Positions 9,785 to 19,663 of a DNA stretch of 64,000 nucleotides are shown here, in pieces. The notes under the pieces were generated by a model, which was given only the letters and a program-made list of their open reading frames with translations, was not told where the DNA came from and searched no databases. The stretch is from Gammaproteobacteria bacterium (GTDB lineage Bacteria > Pseudomonadota > Gammaproteobacteria > GCA-001735895): the NCBI GenBank assembly GCA_050288105.1, contig JBNKDE010000001.1, forward strand, positions 16,097-80,096, written 5' to 3'. The position numbers were made by a program, and so were the translations under genes. Each line of letters starts with the position of its first letter. Position 1 is the stretch's first letter.

Positions 9785-10279
9785 ATGGTTGAAGATTTAA
9801 CAACAGATCATTTAATCGATGATGATCCATCTTTGACGAAAATGAATCGCCGGTTTAATGACCATGTACGCATTGTTAGCACAAGGTTTGGCCAGTTACG
9901 CGATGTTATCCAGCACAACACAGAAACGGTCGAAAGCTTAAACGCTAGATTCGAGTTGCATGATGTGCAAGAAGTTGAATTTCGCGAGGACATTACCAGC
10001 ATGGTGCAGGGTTGGGTCAATGTCACCCACGAGTTAGCGCACGGGATTAAAGAGCTGGGCGAAGAAACGCGCGAACTACGCAAAGATATTGCCGCGCAAC
10101 AGTTAGTCATTACGCCGATACAAAAGGGTTTGAACTGGTTTCAGGTCACTAAAGTTATTTTGGCCTGGTTGTCAGCAATTGGTGCTGGGATTATGACTGC
10201 AGTCGGGTTAATAGTTTTTATTTTAAAGCTGGCGGGACCGAGCATTATCGGTTTGATAACGCCGATTATGGGGCCATAG
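9785..10279 (+). CDS. Hypothetical protein with a C-terminal transmembrane region
   Basis: ORF whose C-terminus is hydrophobic (ILAWLSAIGAGIMTAVGLIVFILKL). Confidence 0.4.
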   Translation: MVEDLTTDHLIDDDPSLTKMNRRFNDHVRIVSTRFGQLRDVIQHNTETVESLNARFELHDVQEVEFREDITSMVQGWVNVTHELAHGIKELGEETRELRKDIAAQQLVITPIQKGLNWFQVTKVILAWLSAIGAGIMTAVGLIVFILKLAGPSIIGLITPIMGP

Positions 10280-10281
10280 AA

Positions 10282-10629
10282 ATGCAAGCATACATCAACT
10301 GGTTTATTACGCATCCAGTACTCGCATTCATCCTGCTATTTATTCAATACGCCGTGTTGATGACCTATCAGAGCAGGCTGAAAAATAGCGCTTTAGGAAA
10401 ACCGTTATTCCTGTGGTTTATCTGGCAGGATTGGCTGATGAATTTCATGATGACTTTTTTGTTTCTGGATCCACCTGGTAATTTAACTGAAGTCGTCACG
10501 GGCAGGATGGAGCGATATAAATCTACTTTTTCGACATTACGACCAATCACCTGGTTAGATAAATTTCAGTATGGATTTGCAGTGAGGCTTTGCAAAATCC
10601 TAAATCGATTCGATGAGAATCATTGTTAA
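10282..10629 (+). CDS. Hypothetical membrane protein
   Basis: ORF with two hydrophobic segments. Confidence 0.4.
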   Translation: MQAYINWFITHPVLAFILLFIQYAVLMTYQSRLKNSALGKPLFLWFIWQDWLMNFMMTFLFLDPPGNLTEVVTGRMERYKSTFSTLRPITWLDKFQYGFAVRLCKILNRFDENHC

Positions 10630-10646
10630 TTAACGAGGGTTAAACC

Positions 10647-11015
10647 ATGGGTAAATATGTAAACGATGCGTTACTTGATGCTGATCACAATGAATGCATC
10701 AACAACGCCAATCAAATCCACGTCTGTGCCGCTGAACCGACTACGCGCACGGAGGCGGTCACTACCAACAACCTGGCGTCGGGTGCTTTAACCAGTGGGG
10801 ATTTTACGCTGGCCAATGGCGACACATCCGGTCGTAAGATGACTACTGCTGCTCAGACCGGCTTGAGTATTACCTCATCTGGAACGGGTGATCATGTGGC
10901 GATCACTGACGCAACACGTCTACTGATTGTAACCACCTGCACAGGTCAGGTGCTGACATCTGGCGGCACGGTAGACACTGCCGCGTTTGACCGTGAAATT
11001 CTTGATGCTGCTTAA
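10647..11015 (+). CDS. Hypothetical protein (Thr/Gly-rich)
   Basis: ORF preceded by an RBS (gagggttaaacc ATG). Confidence 0.35.
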   Translation: MGKYVNDALLDADHNECINNANQIHVCAAEPTTRTEAVTTNNLASGALTSGDFTLANGDTSGRKMTTAAQTGLSITSSGTGDHVAITDATRLLIVTTCTGQVLTSGGTVDTAAFDREILDAA

Positions 11016-11277
11016 GGAGCAACTAAAATGAAAATTGAAATTACTGAAGAAGTTATAAAGCTGAATGTTGGTGGAAAGCTGCAGGTTTACAACAAAGGTG
11101 ACGTAGTCACTGTCGAAGACCCGATCGGCGAGCTGTGCTGTCAACATGGTTGGGGACTGGATGTGGATGGTGCTGTTCCAAGCAATGAGCGCAAACCGGG
11201 TGCCAATGGAAAGGTTGTGCCTGATAACGTGGTGACTAAACAGGCTTAGTTTTTAGATCATTAACTGGAGAAATAAC

Positions 11278-11619
11278 ATGAAATACTTGATTTTACTTTT
11301 AGCGCTATTCAGCTTTAGCGCTTTGGCTGATGTAACCGCAACATGGACACCTGGTGCACCAGTTCAAGGCGCAGATGTTCAAGGTTTTAACTGGTACTAC
11401 GGTGATTCAGCAGGAAACGTGCAACAGAATGTAATTAACATTCCTGACCCTAATTCGACAAGTCATACAACCACGGTTATTCCTGATGGTGTTTGGTATG
11501 CTGGGATAACGGCTTACGCAACGAATGAAAGCCCGATGTCTGAAATCGTGCCATTTACTGTTGTAGGGGGTGTAGTAGTAAAAAGCCCAAACGTCCCTAC
11601 GGGCTTCAGTTTGCAGTAG
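11278..11619 (+). CDS. Secreted hypothetical protein (signal peptide)
   Basis: N-terminal MKYLILLLALFSFSALA signal peptide, with RBS ggagaaataac ahead of the start. Confidence 0.45.
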   Translation: MKYLILLLALFSFSALADVTATWTPGAPVQGADVQGFNWYYGDSAGNVQQNVINIPDPNSTSHTTTVIPDGVWYAGITAYATNESPMSEIVPFTVVGGVVVKSPNVPTGFSLQ

Positions 11620-11636
11620 CTGAGCCCGCTTCTCCT

Positions 11637-13148
11637 GTGACAGAATTTACGTTCGACGGAACCGCCGGAACCCCGCTTGATACATACGATGCAGGGTTTC
11701 AAGGAACGTGGGAGCTTAATGGCTCAGGCGGGTCACTGCCTACCTCTGTATGGTCTCCGCAGTCAGAGTATTACACAGCCGGAACAGATCAGAATTCACA
11801 TAGCAGAATAGTCATCGGTGATGGATCTCTTGGAGCAGGTGGCTTTATACGTGTCGGTGTTCGGATGGGCGCATCAACGACCGGCTATGAAGCTTATTTG
11901 AACTCAGCAACATCTATAATAATATCAAGAGACGGGACATACTACGACACAATAGTATTATCAAATAGCTATGCGGTAGCCGCAGGGCTGATACTAGACG
12001 TGTATATTAATGGGTCTAATGAACCTGAAGTCTATATCGATGATGGTGTCAATTCTGAAACAAGCACGGCATCAGCTGATCAGGCACCGATCACTGGCGG
12101 GTACCCCGGTTTTAGGGAGTATGCTGCCGGAGCAGGGATGGCTATTGAAACGTGGAGCGATGGTGCTGGTAGCGGGTCCGCATCTATAACACCAGATGAT
12201 CTATCGCATTCACAGTCTCTGTCAGCGTCCTCATTTACTCAGCATAATAGCCTGGCTCCAAATGCTATTGATCATACTCAAACCTTAGGTGCGAGCGCGC
12301 TAACTCAACACAATAGCCTAACCCTGGACGCTATCGATCATAGCCAAACACTAGATTCCAGTGGTTTAACCGTTTCTGGTGGCGTTACTCCAGATCCAGT
12401 CACGCATTCACAAACTGTGGATGCATCTGCGCTAATACAGCATCATTCAATAATCGCAGCTGATTTATTGCACGGCCAAACCCTGGCAGTCAGCGCGCTA
12501 ACTCAACATTCAGTCATCGCGCCTGATGCTATTGAGCAATCGCAAACCCTTGATGCATCCGCGCTCATTCAGCACCATGCCGTAATCGTCAACGACATCA
12601 CGCATTCAGTGACGATGAGCAGTAGCGGGTTAACACAGCACAACGTGGTTGCGCCGGATGATATCGAACAGGCACAGGTGCTGGATATCTCAGCCATCGT
12701 GACCGCTGGCACTCTGTCCCCTGACAAGCTGACACATGCACAAACTATCGATGCATCAGTATTAACGCAGCATCATTCCATCGCAGTCGACAACCTGCTG
12801 CATACTGTAGTGCTGGATAGCACGTCCCTGGTCTCGCATTACGCGGTTAATCCAGACGATATCACGCACGCTAGCACGCTATCTGTCACAACAATCAGCG
12901 CATCAAATGCCCTGCAGCCGGATAATATCAATCACGCGCAATCACTCGATGTCACTGTGTTAACCCAGCATTATGTGATTAACCCTGACGCGTTGACTCA
13001 TGCGCAATTGTTGGATGCTACGTTAATTGATAACGGATTAACCCCAGACATCATCCAGATCGTCAGCAGCGAGTTCACTATCATCCGCAGCCTGGCCAGC
13101 AATCACAACATCAAACGCACTCTGACCCAGACAGGTAAATTATCATGA
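11637..13148 (+). CDS. Tandem-repeat protein: N-terminal lectin/jelly-roll-like domain followed by about 16 repeats of a 19-aa unit (xLTQHxxxxPDxIxHxQxLDAS)
   Basis: The 19-aa periodicity is visible in the translation and the matching 57-bp DNA periodicity across about 12180-13060. Possible non-ATG (GTG) start. Confidence 0.55.
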   Translation: MTEFTFDGTAGTPLDTYDAGFQGTWELNGSGGSLPTSVWSPQSEYYTAGTDQNSHSRIVIGDGSLGAGGFIRVGVRMGASTTGYEAYLNSATSIIISRDGTYYDTIVLSNSYAVAAGLILDVYINGSNEPEVYIDDGVNSETSTASADQAPITGGYPGFREYAAGAGMAIETWSDGAGSGSASITPDDLSHSQSLSASSFTQHNSLAPNAIDHTQTLGASALTQHNSLTLDAIDHSQTLDSSGLTVSGGVTPDPVTHSQTVDASALIQHHSIIAADLLHGQTLAVSALTQHSVIAPDAIEQSQTLDASALIQHHAVIVNDITHSVTMSSSGLTQHNVVAPDDIEQAQVLDISAIVTAGTLSPDKLTHAQTIDASVLTQHHSIAVDNLLHTVVLDSTSLVSHYAVNPDDITHASTLSVTTISASNALQPDNINHAQSLDVTVLTQHYVINPDALTHAQLLDATLIDNGLTPDIIQIVSSEFTIIRSLASNHNIKRTLTQTGKLS

Positions 13149-13468
13149 CCGACGACATCACGATATCGCACACCATCAGCCTGAGCGATGAGGGCACAGA
13201 TTTTCAATCGATCATCATGGAAGAAGGCGCGGTCGTTGACATCAGCACATCAACCGAGCAGGCGATTATTTTAAAAGATCCGGATGGCGTCGACAGTGTA
13301 AAAATTGGCGAGCTAGTCAATGATGGCACTGACGGTCTGCTGCACTATACCCGCCAATCTGACGATATCTCACAGCTCGGTATCTGGGCTTATCGTGGCC
13401 GTGTAAAATTCGGAGCTGGAAAAACATTCCACGCGATCAACTGGGTTTATTTTGAAGTGATTAAATAA
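13145..13468 (+). CDS. Hypothetical protein
   Basis: ORF overlapping the preceding stop codon by 4 nt. Confidence 0.4.
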   Translation: MTDDITISHTISLSDEGTDFQSIIMEEGAVVDISTSTEQAIILKDPDGVDSVKIGELVNDGTDGLLHYTRQSDDISQLGIWAYRGRVKFGAGKTFHAINWVYFEVIK

Positions 13469-13518
13469 TCTCAAAACTGGCAGCACCTGAGACAATCGCC
13501 CGCTAATCTGCGGGCATG
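13462..13518 (+). repeat. 57-bp element, copy 2, identical to 8768-8824
   Basis: Exact sequence identity with copy 1; ends at the ATG of ORF 13516. Confidence 0.85.
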
Positions 13519-14109
13519 AGCAACGCTTTTGATACCACTAACGCGCCGACGACTGAGCCGGTAGAAATTATCGCCGGTGATTACACCACCTGGCGGCGCA
13601 CTGATTTATCAACCGACTATCCACCTGCAGAATATACCTTGAGCTATGAAGCTCGCAGCGAAGGCACACCAGCACGTCGCATCACCATCGAAGCAGCCGA
13701 AAGCAACGGTGATTACCTGGTTGAGCTAACCAGTGCCACTACGCTCGGATACCTGGTCGCAAACTATCATTGGGACGCCTTTATTATCCGCAACAGTGAT
13801 ACCAATCGCGTTCGTATCGATAGTGGCATGTGGTCAGTGCTGGCTGACAAAGCCACCAGCGCAGATGACCCTGCCACCTTTGCTAAAAAAATGCTCAACC
13901 AGATCGAAGCCGCGTTATTACATCGAGCAACCAATCAACAACTCGACGTGCTCGCCTACAGCTTAAACATTGATGTCAGTGCCACGCGGGATCCCGCAAA
14001 GCTGTTAGAGCATCGGGCCTATTGGCAGCGTAAATTAGTTATAGCAAACCGCAAGATAAGAGCGCGCAAGGGTCAAAGTCATAGCGGATACCGCAGGGTG
14101 AGATTTTAA
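13516..14109 (+). CDS. Hypothetical phage head-assembly-region protein
   Basis: ORF between repeat copy 2 and the portal gene. Confidence 0.4.
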   Translation: MSNAFDTTNAPTTEPVEIIAGDYTTWRRTDLSTDYPPAEYTLSYEARSEGTPARRITIEAAESNGDYLVELTSATTLGYLVANYHWDAFIIRNSDTNRVRIDSGMWSVLADKATSADDPATFAKKMLNQIEAALLHRATNQQLDVLAYSLNIDVSATRDPAKLLEHRAYWQRKLVIANRKIRARKGQSHSGYRRVRF

Positions 14110-15629
14110 TGGCTGGTTTTCAAATAGTTGATGGTAAATGGCACCACGCGCCAGTCGCAAGGAAATCTCGTTCGCGCGGAACCATGCCAGCCTTAAGGCG
14201 TTCTTTTGCTGCTGGAAAGGTCGATGATTTAACCTATTCATTCAGTGGCAGTCATAACCATATTAACGAAGAGTTGCGCCAAAGCCTGCGCCGTATTCGG
14301 GCGCGTTCTCGTCAGTTATGTATGGATAACGACTATGCAAAAAAATTCATACATGTTGTTAAAGCTAATGTGGTTGGTGTTAACGGCATAGTGCTGCAAT
14401 CGCGTGCCGTTGACGCAAAAGGTGACCTGGACACCTATGACAACAACCTGATAGAAAACGGTTGGAAAGACTGGGGCAAGCCATATAACTGTACCGTGTC
14501 TGGCCAGCATAGCTGGCACGATGTTCAATCACTCATTATCGGCAGTATCGCGCGTGATGGTGAGGTACTGGTCCAGCTGATTGAAAAAGCATCAGCGCCT
14601 TATGGTTTTGTACTGCGTATTTTCCCCGCTGAATATCTTGATGAAAACGACAACCGCACATTGCCTGGCGGGCATAAAGTCGTCATGGGTGTGGAATATG
14701 ACGCCGATGAAATGGTGGTTGCTTATCACATCAGAAAAGAGCATCCAGGAGCTTATCGCAACGTATACCGTAGCACTGAGTATCGGCGTATCTCGGCAAA
14801 AAACATGATTCACCTGTTTGTTTCTGAATACCCTGAACAGGCTCGCGGCATTCCTTGGATGCATACTGCCATCAGGCGCTTAAATATGCTTGGCGGATAT
14901 GAAGAAGCTGAACTTATCGCAGCCAGAATCGGTGCCTCAAAAATGGGTTTTTTCACCAGCCCAGAAGGCGACGGGCCAACACCATCACAGATGGCACCAG
15001 ACGGAATGGACGGTAATGATCATGAACTGATTGACGAAGTGACGCCAGGTATGATTGAAAACCTACCTGAAGGTTATGGGTTTCAGTCATTCAATGCTGA
15101 TCATCCATCAACCGCATACGACGCTTTTACAAAAGCTGTTTTGCGCGGTGCGACTGCTGGCCTGAATGTGGCTTATTCATCGGTGGCGAATGATCTGACT
15201 GACGTTAATTTTTCCAGTATACGTGCCGGAGTAATCGACGAGCGTGATCAATGGAAAATGCTACATAGATTCATGATAACGCATCTATGTGAGCGCGTTT
15301 ATAACAGATGGTTACCGATGGCTATCATGCGCAAAAAACTGCCATTGCCATTCAAAAAAATCGACACCAAATATCAGAGTATTTACTGGCAGCCGCGCGG
15401 CTGGCCCTGGGTTGATCCATATAAGGACTCGAAAGCAAACAGCGAAAATATATCGATGGCTGTAGATACGCGCACCGATATCGCGGCTGCCAGTGGAAAA
15501 GATTTTAAAGATGTAATTGACCAGCTTGCCTATGAAGAAAAACTCGCTGCTGCTGCTGGTGTAGATATCACCCCAATCGGAAAACAATCAGGAGGCAACA
15601 ATGCCGCAGACTTACAGCAAGACGATTGA
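14109..15629 (+). CDS. Portal protein (lambda gpB family)
   Basis: 506 aa, sited after the terminase and before the protease-capsid gene; size and residue pattern match lambda-type portals. Confidence 0.8.
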   Translation: MAGFQIVDGKWHHAPVARKSRSRGTMPALRRSFAAGKVDDLTYSFSGSHNHINEELRQSLRRIRARSRQLCMDNDYAKKFIHVVKANVVGVNGIVLQSRAVDAKGDLDTYDNNLIENGWKDWGKPYNCTVSGQHSWHDVQSLIIGSIARDGEVLVQLIEKASAPYGFVLRIFPAEYLDENDNRTLPGGHKVVMGVEYDADEMVVAYHIRKEHPGAYRNVYRSTEYRRISAKNMIHLFVSEYPEQARGIPWMHTAIRRLNMLGGYEEAELIAARIGASKMGFFTSPEGDGPTPSQMAPDGMDGNDHELIDEVTPGMIENLPEGYGFQSFNADHPSTAYDAFTKAVLRGATAGLNVAYSSVANDLTDVNFSSIRAGVIDERDQWKMLHRFMITHLCERVYNRWLPMAIMRKKLPLPFKKIDTKYQSIYWQPRGWPWVDPYKDSKANSENISMAVDTRTDIAAASGKDFKDVIDQLAYEEKLAAAAGVDITPIGKQSGGNNAADLQQDD

Positions 15630-17412
15630 AACAGGCTTTGAATATCGCAGCCTGAAGATTGATCAACGATCAATCGACGAAGAAGCCAGAACCGTGGAAG
15701 TCGCGTTTTCATCAGAAGACCCGGTCGACCGTTGGTTCGGTAAAGAAATTCTCGATCACTCTCCATCATCTGTTCGCCTGGGGAGGCTGAACAATGGTGG
15801 CCCGATCTTGATGGACCATGACCGCCGTGACCACGTGGGGGTTGTTGAGTCCGCGACCATTGAAAGTGACCGCAAGGGGCGGGCGCTTGTGCGCTTTGGT
15901 AAGAGTGCACGCGCAATGGAAGCATTCCAGGACGTGGTCGACCGTATCCGTAAGCACGTATCGGTTGGATATCGAATCCATAAGATTGTGCTGGAAGAAG
16001 AAAACGATAAAGAAGGCGAGATCTACCGCGCGACAGACTGGGAACCATACGAAATCAGTTTTGTATCTGTTCCTGCTGATGCAACGGTGGGTGTTGGTCG
16101 TTCAACTGAAACAAAATTTAAAACCGAGGTAATTATGCCAAAGAATCAACAACCGGCACCTGGCTCCGAAGAAAACCGCCAGTCCGCCCCTGCGGCACCA
16201 GCACCATCGATTGATGTATCGGCGGAAGTTGAAAAACGAGCCAGAGCAGAGCTGGACCGTATCGACACTATTCGCAAGATGGGTGACAAATACGAATGCG
16301 CGGATCTGGCGCGCCAGCATATCGACGACAAAAAGTCCGCTGATGAAATGACGCGCGCAGTACTCGCGTTAATTGCTGAACGTCAAAAAGAAGAAAAGCC
16401 AACCACGCAAATTGGCCTTTCTGGTCGCGAAACTCAGGAATATAGCCTGATGCGCGCCATGCGAGCGTTGGCAACCAATGACTGGTCAAAAGCCGGTTTC
16501 GAGCGTGAGGCCAGCCTGGCCATTGCCGACGCACTAGGCAAAGAGGCGCGCGGATTTTTCGTCCCTTATGAAATCCAGTCTCGTGTAATGACTACCGGCG
16601 TAGCTGCTGACGGTGGCAACCTGGTGGGCACTGATCACATGGCAGGATCATTCATTGATTTTCTGTACGCCAATTCAGTGCTCGGTAAGCTGAACGCTAT
16701 CTTTCTGGAAGGCCTGGTCGGTGATATCGACATTCCTCGCCTTGATGGCGGTGGTGCCTTTACCTGGGTCGCTGAAGATGGTGACGGAACCGATGATGAT
16801 GGTGTACTGGGTACAGTGGCCATGTCACCACATACCATTGCAGGCGCTGTGCCTATCTCTCGCAGACTGCTGAAGCAATCTTCTCCTAGTGTAGAGGCAA
16901 TGATTCAGCGTCACCTGGGCCGCAACGCAGGTCTTGCAATAGACCTGGGCGGACTACAGGGCACAGGCGCATCAAACCAGCCCACAGGTATCAGCCAGAC
17001 CACTGGCGTTGGCACCGTGACCATTGCCAGCGCAGGCTCACCGACCTGGGCGGAGCTGGTCGAGTTCGAAACCGATGTGGCTACCGCTAATGGCCTGGAT
17101 GGTTCCACAGCTTACGTCACTACAGCTGGTGTGCGCGGCAACCTGAAAACCACCAAAAAGGATGCAGGCTCTGGCATTTTCTTGATGGAAAAGGGAGAGG
17201 CAAACGGTCATCCAGTCGAGATCAGCAACCAGCTGGCAGCCAACAGCATTATCTTTGGAAACTATCAGGATGTTGTTATTGGTATGTGGGGAGTGCTCGA
17301 CCTGGTGGCAGATACGGCCACTAAAGCCGCCTCTGGTGGACTAGTGTTACGTGCTTTTCAGGATGTCGATGTCGGCATCGCGCACGCTGGCTCGTTCAGC
17401 GTTAACGCTTAA
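15601..17412 (+). CDS. Prohead protease fused to an HK97-family major capsid protein
   Basis: 603 aa. The C-terminal half (...GTDHMAGSFIDFLYANSVLGKLN...TVAMSPHTIAGAVPISRRLL...) is HK97-capsid-like; the N-terminal roughly 180 aa are protease-like. Confidence 0.75.
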   Translation: MPQTYSKTIETGFEYRSLKIDQRSIDEEARTVEVAFSSEDPVDRWFGKEILDHSPSSVRLGRLNNGGPILMDHDRRDHVGVVESATIESDRKGRALVRFGKSARAMEAFQDVVDRIRKHVSVGYRIHKIVLEEENDKEGEIYRATDWEPYEISFVSVPADATVGVGRSTETKFKTEVIMPKNQQPAPGSEENRQSAPAAPAPSIDVSAEVEKRARAELDRIDTIRKMGDKYECADLARQHIDDKKSADEMTRAVLALIAERQKEEKPTTQIGLSGRETQEYSLMRAMRALATNDWSKAGFEREASLAIADALGKEARGFFVPYEIQSRVMTTGVAADGGNLVGTDHMAGSFIDFLYANSVLGKLNAIFLEGLVGDIDIPRLDGGGAFTWVAEDGDGTDDDGVLGTVAMSPHTIAGAVPISRRLLKQSSPSVEAMIQRHLGRNAGLAIDLGGLQGTGASNQPTGISQTTGVGTVTIASAGSPTWAELVEFETDVATANGLDGSTAYVTTAGVRGNLKTTKKDAGSGIFLMEKGEANGHPVEISNQLAANSIIFGNYQDVVIGMWGVLDLVADTATKAASGGLVLRAFQDVDVGIAHAGSFSVNA

Positions 17413-17509
17413 TTCTTAGAAAAGCAGGTTTCTCAGGAAACAGAGTGCAGTACTAACCCGCTGGCCGGTTAACGCCGGTCAGCAATTAACAAAATTAAGA
17501 GGCAATAAA

Positions 17510-17866
17510 ATGTCAGACGAAGCAAAAAAGAAAATGAAAATCATCCTGACCCGTGGCTGTGTGATTGACGGTGAAAAGGTAAAAGCTTTTACCGCTTGTA
17601 CCGTGAGTCGCGGTGACGCTATTTCTATGATCAATGCAAAACGCGCAGTTGAAGACAACGCCGACAACCGCAAGGTTATTGATGATATGAAAAAGGAAGC
17701 AGCGAAAGCAGCAAAGGCTGAAGCAGCGAAAGCTGCGGCAGCTGATGCAACGGTTGAAGAACTTGAATCATCTCTTGAGCGCGCCCTGGATGAGCTCGCA
17801 TCATTTAAGGAAAGGCTCGAAGCGGCAGAAACGGAACTGGCGGCATCAAAAGGCGATAGCAAATAA
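17510..17866 (+). CDS. Hypothetical head protein with an Ala/Lys/Glu-rich coiled coil
   Basis: ORF with a good RBS (aagaggcaataaa ATG). Confidence 0.4.
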   Translation: MSDEAKKKMKIILTRGCVIDGEKVKAFTACTVSRGDAISMINAKRAVEDNADNRKVIDDMKKEAAKAAKAEAAKAAAADATVEELESSLERALDELASFKERLEAAETELAASKGDSK

Positions 17867-18148
17867 ATGCCAGCCCAAACGCAACAAGATTTTGCAAACC
17901 TCGTAGACGGCAGTGATTTTACAACTGCCGTCTATACAGGCGCTAACATCGAGCTATCCGGCATCCTGAGCCGTGGCCCTGGTGGCGCGTTAGACGTTAA
18001 CGACAACCGTCTACGCCTGATGCTGGTGCGTGAAGATGCTGACAAGGTCGCTATCGGCTCAACCATCACGGTAGCAGGCAACTTTTATACCGTGCGCGAA
18101 AAAGAACCGGGTGACCGTGCTGTCACGCTGGTGCTGGAGGCAGATTAA
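17867..18148 (+). CDS. Hypothetical head-tail connector-region protein
   Basis: ORF tightly coupled to its neighbours. Confidence 0.35.
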   Translation: MPAQTQQDFANLVDGSDFTTAVYTGANIELSGILSRGPGGALDVNDNRLRLMLVREDADKVAIGSTITVAGNFYTVREKEPGDRAVTLVLEAD

Positions 18149-18672
18149 CTATGTGCTCTATTGATCAAAACACACTTTATGAAGCATTGGGCGAAATTGT
18201 TAACCGCATCGAAGCGTGTGGCGCTTCACCTGAATTAACCGATGCGGTGTCCTTAGCCAGCGATTTACGGCAAGCAGTTGGAAACGATTTCAATCCAGCA
18301 GATTCATTTGCATTTGATCGCGTATTTAATGTCCTGGCTGAGGAAAGAGCCGGATAAATTTAATAACTGATTAATTTTTTTTAGGGTAATTATTATGGCT
18401 TGGTTTATACAACCTAATCAAATTGCAGACAAGGACGGCAACGGCACAGGCCGCTGGAGAATGACAGCGACAAGTGATGAAGATGGTGGTGGTCCTTATG
18501 GCGATGTAACACATGATCACGGCTCTGCAGAAGAGGCGATGGAATGTGATCTCTGTGATGAGTACACAAGTAAGGTGTCAGGATTCCCAACAAGAAAGGC
18601 ACAGGCAGAAGCTGAGGAAGCTCGTGACCGTGCGGAATATGAACGCCTTAAAACAAAATATGAGAGCTAACC

Positions 18673-19107
18673 ATGCATAGACGCGAAACCATACTACAGA
18701 CCGTTTTAACCTTGCTGACTGGCCTGGCAACAACCGGCAGCAACGTAAAGCGTGCCAGAGCGTATAAACCTGACGTACTGCCCGCATTAAGCATTGCACA
18801 AGGCCCTGATGTGCTCTCGCCAGAACATGCCTACCTGGGCGATATCATGCGCCAGCTTACCGTACGGATCGCGGCACACGTCCAGGACACCACCAACCTG
18901 GAAACAGAGCTCAACCAGATCAGTGCAGAAGTCTATGCCGCCTTGACTGCAGATCGTAGCCTGGGCCTCGACTATGTCTTTGACCTAAACATAGAGTCAG
19001 ATTCAGATCCAGAGATCGAAGGTGGTGAAACACAACAGCCTGTTGGCCGTTTGGTCATGGAATACAACCTGATTTATGAACACAGCGACACGTCGGCGGA
19101 GGCGTAA
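18673..19107 (+). CDS. Hypothetical head-tail adaptor-region protein
   Basis: ORF in the structural block. Confidence 0.35.
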   Translation: MHRRETILQTVLTLLTGLATTGSNVKRARAYKPDVLPALSIAQGPDVLSPEHAYLGDIMRQLTVRIAAHVQDTTNLETELNQISAEVYAALTADRSLGLDYVFDLNIESDSDPEIEGGETQQPVGRLVMEYNLIYEHSDTSAEA

Positions 19108-19267
19108 CTCATGAATGTTGAAATGTGGCACCCAGAGGCCGACCCGGAATATAAGCATCCAATCCTTGTGCGCCCTGGTGGCGTCGAGGCAATGAAACTA
19201 AAAGGCTGGACGGACGAAAAACCGGAGCCAGAACAAACAACTGAAACCGTAAAAGAGGGTAAAGAAA

Positions 19268-19660
19268 ATGGCTAAAGTAGTTGGTCGTAATGGAGTTTTA
19301 AAAATTGGTGCTGTTACCGTTGCAGGCCTTAAGTCAATCTCAGAAAGCGAAAGCTGTGAAGCGATTGATGATTCAGAACTTGGTGATCAGGAATTGACCT
19401 ATGTCGCCGGTGATATCACTCGAAACTATACGGCAGAGCTGCATTGGGATAAAGCTGATGCAACTGGGCAGGGCGCGCTTGAAATTGGTGCAACAGTGAC
19501 TGCAGTTTATCAGCCTGAAGGTGATGCCTCAGGTGCGGAAACAAATTCTATAAGCGCTTTGGTGACAAACCTTGGCCGCGCTAATGAAAAGGGTTCGATG
19601 GTAACAAAGACTGCCACTCTGTTGGGATCCGGCGCTAAAACTGTCGGTGCGGTGGTTTAA
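19268..19660 (+). CDS. Putative major tail protein
   Basis: 130-aa ORF upstream of the chaperone-like and tape-measure genes; assigned by position. Confidence 0.4.
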   Translation: MAKVVGRNGVLKIGAVTVAGLKSISESESCEAIDDSELGDQELTYVAGDITRNYTAELHWDKADATGQGALEIGATVTAVYQPEGDASGAETNSISALVTNLGRANEKGSMVTKTATLLGSGAKTVGAVV

Positions 19661-19663
19661 TCA

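Noticed and set aside
15530-16048. 172-aa minus-strand ORF rich in Arg/Pro/Gly
   Set aside because: It is entirely antisense to the protease-capsid gene and shows no start context.
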